The translations under genes were made by a program, and so were the position numbers. Of a stretch of DNA of 64,000 nucleotides, positions 1-21,457 are shown one piece after another. The stretch is taken from contig CM035351.1 of the NCBI GenBank assembly GCA_020137815.1, forward strand, positions 5,766,001 to 5,830,000. The letters run 5' to 3'. The notes below the pieces were generated by a model. That model searched no databases. It was not told the DNA's origin and saw only the letters and a list, made by a program, of their open reading frames with translations. Origin of the DNA: Hormiphora californensis (lineage: Eukaryota; Animalia; Ctenophora). Every line of letters starts with the position of its first letter. The stretch's first letter is position 1.

Positions 1-530
1 TCACGTGAACGTCCTCACAACACCAGAAGAAGATTCCCGCCTGGTGTTGTTAGAGGTGGGGGCAATTCGAACAATGTAATCTACACGCAATCTACACGCT
101 GGTCGTTCTTGTTCGAATTGCCCCGGTATCACGCGTGATCACGTGGTACAAAGAACTGCACATCATTGGCCCGGGAGTTAACCAAATTGCCCCGGTGTGT
201 TAACCAAATTGCCCATGTTCGAATTGCCCCGGTTGTTCGAATTGCCCCGGTAATCTTAATTTACCAGAATTTGGAATGAAAACATGCGAATATTTAAATA
301 ATTTTTATACCATCTGAAAGCTGATATTATTAGCTTTCAGCTGGTTTTTTCAAATCGGAAATTGACCAACTTAAACCGGATCTAGAGCCTATTTAGTGGT
401 AACGGGCAGGCTCGAACGAGCAGTTTTCTTCTGGAGATAGGATGACGTCATTATGATAGCTTAACTAGGTGAGAGACGGGCAGTACTATGTTCATATTGC
501 CCCAGTTGTTCGAATTGCCCCGGTTTACCC
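1..530. mobile_element. Right part of a non-autonomous DNA transposon/MITE with subterminal TTCGAATTGCCCCGG repeats
   Basis: The motif CGAATTGCCCC(GG) recurs several times, once inverted near 60-72. It ends ...CGAATTGCCCCGGTTTACCC followed by TA at 531-532. The left end lies outside the window. Confidence 0.5.
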
Positions 531-757
531 TAATTAAAGGAGAGGGGTAATTAGTTAGGAGGGGTAATTAGATAGGAGGAGAGGGGTAATTAGTGGTAAG
601 GAGGGGGAGAGGGGTAATTAGTGGTTACAAATTCAAGGGAAAAGAGGTGTGAGAAAATTGAAGAAGAAATATATTTTTGATGAACTGGAAGAACGAATAT
701 AGTTTCAGTGGTACAAGCCCGCTCACACACACACAAACACACTCTCACTCACACACT

Positions 758-12053
<11,296 letters not shown>

Positions 12054-12769
12054 GTTGGTGGCTTAACTTCTCTCTGCAGATGCCCTACCCTATTTTAACA
12101 GTGTCTGTTAGTGTCAGGTTGGTTTTACTTTCGGAGGGAAACACAAAATCATACTATTATTAAAGCAAATAGGGAAATCCAGTGTAACGTTTTTTACCTT
12201 ATATGGCATTTAGCACGTGCAGGTTTAGAGCCTAGAGGTGAACTGTGGAGTACTATTGGAGTGGGGCCAGGAGTCGGAGCCGTTGCCAATGGCATGGTTG
12301 CTACTGTTATACTGCACGTGCACGTGCATTTGATCTTGCTTTAGTCTGTTTCACTGTTCCAGCTAATTATATGCTCTCTTCAACAACTCTTGATATACGA
12401 CAGCGACAATTGGAGTTATTCACGCAAGATCTCACCGCTATTCTCTACTTTTCCATACACTGAGGGGTTCAAATGCAGCATCACCAAAAGAAGTGCAGAG
12501 AGAACGAACAAGACGTTAGAGGTTAAACAGAACCGATGATCAATCTCAGAGATTAAGGCAGATGAATACTGCAAGCAGACGAAATAGTAAGTTCTTTTAT
12601 AACTTTGATCGCCGGATCATCATTTGACGTTCTGAAACCAGAAACTCGCAGCGATCCCGCCTGAGCTCCTTCTAAGGTACCGTTACTTAAGATGGGATTG
12701 TGCATGTCATTAGTTAGACTGATGATGTCAGTGTTCCCTATTCCAGCTACCAATACCATTTCCCCGAAA

Positions 12770-12798
12770 TTCGCCCGTAGGGCGAACGGGTTTACTAG
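12770..12798 (+). mobile_element. Helitron-like 3' terminus
   Basis: A GC-rich hairpin TTCGCCC-GTA-GGGCGAA is followed 8 nt later by CTAG|T. The 5' end was not identified. Confidence 0.55.
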
Positions 12799-14084
12799 TA
12801 GTTAGAAAGAGGGCAAAGAACTTCCGAAGTTTTAAACCTTCTTATAACTAGAAATTAGAAGATGGAATGGTATCGAAGGAAGATATCAGCAATATCCCCT
12901 CCCCACCCCATATTTAATTATCAGCTCTCCACAGAGCCTTCCCATTATTATCTCAGATATCACTCGATTCGATTAGGTATTTTGTGAGTAAAATCGAACT
13001 TCGAAGCCCCCCCCCCCATCAGCCATGTAATCACTGTTGGTACTTGGTGTCCAATCTGAAATCGATTGGCAGATTTCTTTCGAGCATTTTGGTAAAGTCC
13101 GTTTCAAGCGACTTGACCCGTAATTCTTGGAATTTGGCGCATTGCGCGTGTATTTACAAAGGGGAAATCCTGAATTTCCAGGAATCTCAGGTCAAGTCGT
13201 TTGAAACGCACTTTACCAGGGGCTGGAGTGTTGGCCTATGCTACAGGCCCTGTGGAAAGCCGTGGAAAACGCGCGCACTTGGGGCCTGCAGCGCATGCCA
13301 AGCTGGAGTGGTGACGGTCTAGGATTATTATCAGACAGGCCTTACAGACGCAATTGCAAAACGGCAAACCCGAATCCCCAGGGCCCAGAAGTACTTCAAA
13401 CCCCCAATAAATACTTTATACGAAGGTTGAGGCTTAAGCAAATAACGGAGTAGCCACCGTCAGCCGTCTAAGGTTAAAATCTAGGCCAAAGTAGGGCCTG
13501 GCACCAGGCACCGTGGCCAGGAAGCAGGACAGAGCGCAGGGGCCCGTTTTTGGTTTTTTGACCTGTTTCTGGGACAGGAAAAATCTGATAAATTTCAATT
13601 TTTTTATGAATTTTGTCGTTGAAGCGCTGCATTTCATGTAACACGCGAAAATTAAAATAACTTGCGCTGCACAAACTGAAAATTCGTGCGCGCACTGAAA
13701 AAAAACTTTTCAGTGCAGTTGCAGTTTTCTTTTTCTCTTTTTTGTTTTCAAATTTTGTTTTTTGAATTTTGACATTTTTTATTCCTTCACGAATCACGTC
13801 TGACATCACAATTCACATCTAAGACATCCCAATAGCTTCAAAGATGTCGCTCAAGCTACTAAGAGCAGCAAAACCAAATAGTATCACCATATTATGATGG
13901 CTGAGTTCAGGAGGCGCCAAGCGGTGTACAGCAGACAGCTTTGAGCCGCTATGGGCCCAGGCTGAACCTGCTTGAGGATGTTTCTTCCCCCACTCCCCCT
14001 GACCGAGGCTGCCCAGCACCGTCCTTGGGTCCAGCCCTGCCTAAAATGTAATAAAATAATCACAATCTTTGCTGGGTACGGATT

Positions 14085-14123
14085 CAAACTTTCATCAACT
14101 ACAACGTAAAACTATTTATTGAG
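14085..14123 (+). other. Spliced-leader-like 5' sequence of the retroposed unit
   Basis: (TT)CAAACTTTCATCAACTACAACGTAAAACTATTTATTGAG begins immediately after the TSD, is AT-rich and ends in GAG. It resembles my recollection of a ctenophore SL (TTTCAAACTTTTCAAC...TTAATTTGAG), which needs verification. Confidence 0.6.
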
Positions 14124-14170
14124 ATATGTCCTCAGGATGTTGAGACCGCCCGTAGGGGCAGGAAGAAGTT

Positions 14171-15193
14171 ATGACGGAGAAACTCAATACCTCTGATGCA
14201 GATGCCGATCCACTGAAATGTGTTGATCCCTCGGTGATGGAACTACTTCGTTATGCAGTAAGAGACGTTTTGTTAATCAGGAATGGAACCAAACCGAGTC
14301 ACCATCAGGTGGATGAAGAGCTGCGAATGTTATTCTTGGATTCCAGTCGGTCACTGCCAGTAGACTACGCTATAAGAAATTATAATGGAGATCAGTTCAT
14401 GGCCTTCACCAAGAACCTCTGCCGTCATATTCTTCTGATAGCGAGGGAAGCTGGACAATGTATGAAAAATAACGATGAAACTGTCCGTATGAAAGAACGT
14501 CGGGAACTAGAGGAGTGTAATCGGAAACTCAAGGAGGTACAAAAAGAGCTTGGCTCATTCAAGGAAGAGGTTGATAAACATCGGGTATCAAGGATTGAGT
14601 TACAAGAGAAGCTGATTGAAGCACAAAAAAGTTTGATTGAAGTACAAGGTCAGAAACTCAATTCGGTGTCGGAGTCTGTTCAGAAGCAATTGCAGGGCTA
14701 CTCCAAAGTACTAGTCCAGAACTGCTCAGCGGCTATTGCACCATCCCGCCTCCAAGCAGCATGGAAGAAAGCGTCAGTGCCCCTTCCCACAAGTACAACA
14801 GAAGAAGCAACTCCTGATCGAAAGCTGAATTTGGTTTTGTTTGGGCTACCAGAAACAACTGCAAGAACCACTGAGCATGAAGTTCGAGATATTTTTACAG
14901 AGCTGAATGAAAAACCAGTCATAACTTCCACAAAGCGAGTCGGCGAAAAGACTGATAACCGACCAAGACCAGTAATCGTTACCCTTGAAAGGAGGGAAAC
15001 CTTGTTGCAGCTTCTCAGGAAAGCAAAGCAGCTCCGGGATTCAGAGAAATTTTCCTCGGTATTTCTTTCCCCCGACCTAACACCGGAGGAACAGCGAGAA
15101 CGGAAAACTCTCGTTGATACAGTGAAAGGACTGAGGCGAGACAATCCGAATGGACGATATTGGGTTAGCAGGGGGGTAATCAAATGTGGCTGA
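14171..15193 (+). CDS. LINE (CR1/L2-type) ORF1-like protein, 340 aa: coiled coil + RRM-like + CTD
   Basis: Heptad-rich middle region, then the motifs RKLNLVLFGLPE, KRVG...RPRPVIVTL and VFLSPDLTPEEQRERKTL, typical of non-LTR retrotransposon ORF1 proteins. Confidence 0.8.
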   Translation: MTEKLNTSDADADPLKCVDPSVMELLRYAVRDVLLIRNGTKPSHHQVDEELRMLFLDSSRSLPVDYAIRNYNGDQFMAFTKNLCRHILLIAREAGQCMKNNDETVRMKERRELEECNRKLKEVQKELGSFKEEVDKHRVSRIELQEKLIEAQKSLIEVQGQKLNSVSESVQKQLQGYSKVLVQNCSAAIAPSRLQAAWKKASVPLPTSTTEEATPDRKLNLVLFGLPETTARTTEHEVRDIFTELNEKPVITSTKRVGEKTDNRPRPVIVTLERRETLLQLLRKAKQLRDSEKFSSVFLSPDLTPEEQRERKTLVDTVKGLRRDNPNGRYWVSRGVIKCG

Positions 15194-15556
15194 CTTCTAA
15201 TCAGTGACATGTGCACTGAAGAGACTTCTAATGGGACTTATTAATGGCTATCCGTTTTGCCCACAAAAAAGGGGCAGTATATGTAATGTATACATTTTAG
15301 AGTTAATAAATAATAAATAAAATGGGTACGGATTGAAGAATGCGATGGAGTTATTCATATTTCATTCGAGCCGGTTTGTGATATCAAATGGTGTCAATGA
15401 TGCTCCTATCAAGTCAGTACTCAGTGCTTGCAGTTTTCTGGTCGAAATTGAGTGAGAGGGAACCGAATGTTTGTAATTTATGTTGAAAACGAAAACTGCA
15501 CCCCGACCCCGACCAATTGAAACTCATTGGTTCTCAAAATGTGTCATCAAAACGAA

Positions 15557-17176
15557 TTATTGCAATTGACTTTCAACAACATGAACAGTTTCATTTTCGA
15601 TCTCAGACTGCTTAGAACAGCATGAGTGTAGCTCATTGTCATCACTTGGTTGGACTTGCTGGTGACAAATAAGCCTCTCGTGGCTGACACACCGCTGATA
15701 TCCCTCCCCTCCATGTTCCGTAATATCAAGTCCCACTTTCTCCGTCTCTAGGTCCACCCGTAGATATGACGTATACTGAAAATAAATGTGTGATAAAGGA
15801 GTTCTAAACTAGTCGAAATAAAGAAATTATTTGCTAGTCCTTCAAAATAGTATACACGTCTCAGACCTGCGTTTTCAAACACTGTGATTACCTTTAGAGC
15901 AGTAAAAGTACAGAGAGAGAAACAAGCGGCCCACGAGGCGACAGCAATCAGTGTCACAATATTAGCAAAGAACTGTTTTACTCCATTTCCATTACATTCG
16001 TAGAACAGCCCACAACTTCCCGTTCCGTAGGCTGAGTTAACATTTTCCGGTGCTGCAAATAATCCAGCTGCAATCGTTCCCCATGTCCCGCAGAAAAGAT
16101 GAACGGGGGATGCACTAACAACATCATCAATCTTCAGTCTATCCAGGACCAGGTCCGCTCCCACATAAGTCAAACCACCAATAACTCCGGTCACACATGA
16201 TGTAAAAGGCGTCATCACATTGGCACCCGCTGTCACACTGACCAGTCCAGCAAGAGCACCATTATTCATCCTTGTCACGTCCACAGTCCCCGATAAAAAC
16301 CATCCCAGGATTGTTGCAGTTATTGCAGCAGAGGCAGCGGAGATAGTGGTTGTAACAGCCGCCAGTCCGGCAACATCGTTCATACCATCTGATATTGTTA
16401 GTGAACTGCCACAGTTAAAACCATACCATCCAAACCATAGCAGTAGGGTTCCAACGGTTTGGTTTGTTATCGATTGCTGGGGGAGAATCACAAGTGAGCC
16501 ACTCTGAAAGCGGTTGTACCGTGGGCCAAGAAGAATTGCCGCTATCAAAGCCGTCATTCCACCAATCACATGCACAACAGTACACCCTGCAAAATCGATC
16601 ACTCCAACTCCAAATAGCCGTGAATCTGCATCCAGGGAAGGAGAGGCCCATCCCTCGGCAGACCAAACCCAATGCACCGCAATGGGGTAGATAAATGTGA
16701 TCAGTCCTATTGAGCAGATAAAGTAAGCTCCCATCTTGCATCTCTCTGCTACTGCACCTGATACAATATTAGCGGCTGTTGCAGCGAAGGCAAATTGAAA
16801 AGTGAAGTACGCGTAACTGTATCCTTTTGTATCAGCATCTACAGCTGAAAGTGCGAAATTGTTTCCGCCTATGAAAGAGTTTCCTTCGCCATACGCAAAT
16901 CCAAATCCGATCAACCAGAAAGATATCCCTGCAATACAATGCGATGGATAAGTTTTTCACAAGAATATTTCGTGTGTTCTTCAGCGATACACTACCAACT
17001 TCGACCAATGCAAAACCAGCTTGCATAAAAAAGACCAAAGCTGCACAAAGAAGAAGCCACATGGTATCCATTGAGCTTGTCACTGACGCTGTTGCATTGG
17101 CTCTTATTTCACTAACCAAAGTCTCTAGACTGTCGTAGTGAGCATCCTCGCCATTCGAAAATACAATCCCAGCCAT
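15557..17176 (-). CDS. AMT1: Ammonium transporter, AMT1 type (one intron about 15777-15891; apparent frameshift about 16940)
   Basis: Motifs LVFFMQAGFALVEVGSV..KNTRNIL, FQFAFAATAANIVSGAVAER, DFAGCTVVH, WFGWYGFN, NNGALAGLV, IDDVVSASPVH and, after the intron, LRVDLETEKVGLDITEHG. Confidence 0.93.
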
Positions 17177-17373
17177 TTCCGATTACAATTAATAAGTTGT
17201 TTTTTTTTCAATTATTCATCGTTTATCAAGCAGCAGTTAGTCAAGGTCAGTATGAAATGAGCTGCTGATTTCCCAGAAATCAAAAGCTTGCTCCTTCATA
17301 AAATCATTTACTTTCGTATCCGAATTTTAATCACGACTCTTTTATAGCAAAGGCTTGGTTTCACATTTCAGCA

Positions 17374-18314
17374 ATGGTAAGTAGTTTTTAAACTCCATTT
17401 AAATATACATTTAGATACTAACCCGCATAGCTATATCATATCTTTACCCCCAAATGATGTCTTATCCAGGACGTTTACATTATGATGAGAAGGAAGAAGT
17501 CCACCATCCTTACCGATGCCAAAGAGTTCTCCACCGTTGGTGACCTCAAGAAGATCATTGAAGGTATGTTTCAATTTGATTGTTGGCAGCTAATTCTAAT
17601 TTATACACCTCACTGTATGTTACTAACATCCCCTGTAGGTCTGATAAACGTTGGTATTGACGACCAAAGGCTGCTGTTTGATGGAATAATCCTAGAAAAT
17701 GCAAAATCTCTGTCAGATTCTGGTATCACAGTAAAGAATGCCCAAGCAATGTCACCCGCTCAGCTCACTCTCGCTGTGAGAGACCCCTCAAGTGAGTTGA
17801 CCCAGTGGTGTGGCCCAATTTGTCACACTGATTTTGCTGCATCGCTGTAGGACGCGAAACGAAACTTGTTGATTGGCTGACGCGGGGTGTTGGGCGCGTC
17901 GTACGCGCGTTCTCTGTTGTCAAGCAGTCACTACCGGTCACAATCTGTCACATCAATCAACAGAGTTACAGTCAGACACATGATCCATTCAGTCCAAAAG
18001 ATTAACATGAATTTGGCCTAAATTACAAGCCTCCTGGCGGTCTAAAATTCTAAGAAAATGTGCAAAAGAAAAACAAAAAGCTTCCCATGCCGGGAATCGA
18101 ACCCGGGTCTTGTGGGTGAAAGCCACAGATGCTAGCCCCTACACCACATGGGAGACATGACTTATGCAATTCTAAGTACTTTATATCTGTGCTATCTTGT
18201 GTTTCAACTCTCCATTATTTTGCAGCGGGTGAGTTCGAAGAGGAAAGCGTGGAGCCATTCTCTGTGCCTCCTGAGCTTCCCGAGGCACTCAAACAAACAG
18301 ATCCAGCCTGCTGA
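17374..18314 (+). CDS. ELOB: Elongin B (4 exons)
   Basis: M|DVYIMMRRKKSTILTDAKEFSTVGDLKKIIEG|LINVGIDDQRLL...AQAMSPAQLTLA...|GEFEEESVEPFSVPPELPEALK matches the Elongin B ubiquitin-like fold and its C-terminal PFSxPPELP motif. Confidence 0.93.
18082..18153 (-). tRNA. tRNA-Glu (TTC), antisense in ELOB intron 3
   Basis: The reverse complement is TCCCATGTGGTGTAGGGGCTAGCATCTGTGGCTTTCACCCACAAGACCCGGGTTCGATTCCCGGCATGGGAA. It has a paired acceptor stem, anticodon loop CTTTCAC, a GTTCGATTC B-box, and is followed by a T-run Pol III terminator. Confidence 0.95.
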
Positions 18315-18552
18315 AACGAATCAATTTGTTTTTTGTACAAAAACTGTTTGTAGATGTCAGTTTATTTGAGAAATCACCAATATATCTGACTTTGAGATAT
18401 GTCCCAAAAGTAAATCATATGGTTTTTGGTTGTGCAACATCAGTGTACCGCTACGTAAAATGTTTTTATTTAATGTACAATGTGATCTCACCCAATTACT
18501 TCTCCCTATCTCTAGCAATGAAGGAATAGCAACCCCTCTTGTATATCAAGGA

Positions 18553-20800
18553 ATGTCTGAGGCACCCACTGAGGGTTCCCTCCAGGGATCATTGGCAATG
18601 GTGAGGTCCCATGAAAATGATCAATTTCAAGACAAAGTGCTCACTGTTCTTCCTCTGGATAGACTACGAGAAAATGCTATGGCAAAAGGGTCATCTGATG
18701 GTCTAACATTCCACGAACACCTTGCTAGAGAGGTGAGTAGCAAGATAAATCTGTTAGAACTGTTTGATCCTGTCTCACCAAATGTAAAGGAGGGATAGAT
18801 TCTAACTTAGAACATAACCAATAATAACAAATCGAACCTGTTAAATTATCGAAATTTAAGTTGGGAGTGAGTCAATTTATTCTGTATCTCTCTCCAGGTC
18901 ATGCGATGGTTCAAGCACTCCTTTTTCAAGTGGGTCGACTGTAAGCGATGTGACGTGTGTGGGGGAGAGGGTAGGGCAGGAGAGCCTCTACAGCCCACCG
19001 TTCAGGAGCGGTTATTTGGTGCTTCAAGAGTTGAATCTCACCATTGTACATCATGTGGTATGTACTACACACATACACGATGTGTCCACATAATGTAGAG
19101 GTTGGTTACGAAGTCACCCCTTTTATTCCATGAGTAATAATAACAGAGGGGTAATTTCATTACCAAATGTAGAGGTACATCTTAATTCTTATTCATATCT
19201 GAAGAGATGAGTTTTACAACCCCTGCTCAGTTCATCAACAACCCACCTAACCTCCATTTACAGGCCGAGTACAGAGATTCCCACGGTACAACGACCCTGG
19301 GAAGCTGCTGGAGACGAGGGAGGGACGATGTGGGGAGTGGGCAAACTGTTTTACAGGAATCTGCCGAACTCTAGGATACGATACTAGGTTGGTATAACAC
19401 TCTCACTTAGAGACCGCCGTTGCCCCTCGGCGTTCAAGAAACAAAACAAGTGATGTATCAATAATCTCTGGGCAACAAATTACAACTAATCACCTCCCCA
19501 TATCTCCCAGATTCATCAGTGACAACGCAGACCACGTCTGGACGGAAGTTTACTCGCCCCATCTAGGACGCTGGGTCCACATGGACTCCTGTGAGAATGC
19601 CTGGGACAGACCTCTTGTGTACGAGCAGGGTTGGAAGAAAAGAATAACTTGGGTTGTGGGGAGTTCCATTCATGAAACTGTCGATGTGACATACAGGTAA
19701 ACACTATTGATTAAAGCCTCCTTATATTACCCCACTCGTCATCTAATTTCCGATTTAAGCAGGGTTGAATATCAAATTAGAGAAAGTACTAAAATATATA
19801 CCCATTTCCAGGTACACAATAGAGCCGGTAGAGGTGAGATCCCGAAGGGGTGCCAGGGAGCCGGGGGTACAACAAATGATAACTCGCTTCAACAACTCCC
19901 GTTACTCACACCTCTCAGAGAACACTAGAGCGGCACTGAACAAAAGGCTTGCTAAGGAGCTCACCCAGATGCTTCTCAAGGCAAATGAGGGAGCAGGACA
20001 GCAACAACAATACGGAGGGAGAGAGAGTGGATCTTTATCCTGGAGGAGGGAGAGAGGGGAGACTGAAGATCCAACTCTAGGCCAGATAATAACTGTGCCA
20101 GAGGATACCTCCCAGTATACAGTCCGGTACAGCCCTGCCTCGGATGTATACACGGATGGGACGGGTGCTGTGTTAGCACGGGGGTTTAACTCTCTGGCGT
20201 ATAGTAACGAGGGTGTAGTGAGGAAGACTGAGTACGATTGGAATATGGTGTATCTAGCAAGGGAGAAAAACGAATCCATCTCAACTATTGGTGAGTATTA
20301 TTGTACCCTGGATCCCTCTGTATGGCGGCGCCCATACCCCAATTTGATTCTCAGATGGGGTCGGCGGCGCCAGACAGGGATCCCTGCAGGGGTCACTGAT
20401 CCTATTACCAGCTCAGTCTTATTTCCAGTTATTTGTCTCTTATTGACCATTTTCATTCTATTCTCTCACTTGAACCAACTGACCACTATAATATTTTCAG
20501 AGTGGAGGGTAAAGTGTGCACGACCTATTGTTTCTGCATCCCTCTCAATGCTCCACACCACTTTTAATATGAGTGTTGTTGAGTGGTGCTGTCTCCCTAC
20601 CTCTACCTCCGAGCTGACCTACCATGAGGAAGTTCTCAGATATCGATTTGACATTGCTACAGGAGTGCACTGAGTTCCGACTAGTTGCTAGGAATGAAAA
20701 GCGTGCTGTACCGGCTGATAACGCTTGGCAACACACACAGCTGTTTAGGACTAAACTAGATGGAAATGAGAGCCCCTTTGAAATTAATCTTGAATTCTAG
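18553..20800 (+). CDS. NGLY1: Peptide:N-glycanase (transglutaminase-like core + PAW domain, no PUB domain seen)
   Basis: Motifs [11 protein letters not shown], two CxxC zinc pairs, [56 protein letters not shown] and C-terminal AWQHTQLFR. The last motif lies in a shifted frame after an apparent indel near 20667. Confidence 0.95.
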
Positions 20801-21457
20801 TGAGGGCATATGCATGTGTATATTGTTTTTGTGTGTTTATTTAATTAGATGTGTTGATACTTTGTGATTTATGACGACTAGATTCTGTTTACATTTTGAA
20901 CTGCGTGTCTTTACTTTTACAACTGGAATTGGCTTGTTTTATACGACGGGGTAAATGGTTAAGTGTTTTATGGGTGAAGCAATGAAGCGATTCCTGGTAT
21001 GATTTGTTTAGTAAGGGTATGAAAACAAGGTATGAGTCATAATCTTGTTGTCATACACTTGACTATGACATGTCCAGGCCCGACGGGCAACTCACACCAA
21101 CTCACTTCATTCTCCGAAACGGAAACTTGATCCGTTCAATGTTTTGGTGCGCGCGTGTTGCGCCATATCACCATCCTGAAGTGTACCGCTCCCTACAAAC
21201 TTGAAAAGAGGGGGCCTGCAGCAACTCCGTGTAACGAAGTTTGCTACTCCACACTCGTTCAGAATGTGCGTGTGTCATGTGTGAGAGGTAGAACAAGCCC
21301 AGAGGGAAGACGCACTTGACTTCGCGAAAGCTGCATACCAAATACATAAAACACTGGAGTTTAACGTATGATAAATATGAAACCTTATTACAAAATGACA
21401 AATATATATTACACAACATATAAAACTCCACTAAAACCAAGTCATAGTTTCTAACAA

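Larger units (their letters stand above)
14085..15322 (+). mobile_element. Retroposed unit: SL-like leader + LINE ORF1-only + A-rich tail, 12-bp TSD
   Basis: TGGGTACGGATT is duplicated at 14073-14084 and 15323-15334. The 3' end is AATAAATAATAAATAAAA. It holds a single intronless ORF and no RT/endonuclease ORF. Confidence 0.9.

Noticed and set aside
13000-14040. GC-rich stretches and short ORFs (13238-13453, 13819-14019)
   Set aside because: No recognisable protein or RNA motif. Probably a decayed transposon, but I could not define its ends.
17177-17215. AT-rich tract before the AMT start resembling a relict SL
   Set aside because: Similarity is weak and explained by low complexity. No TSD or tail.
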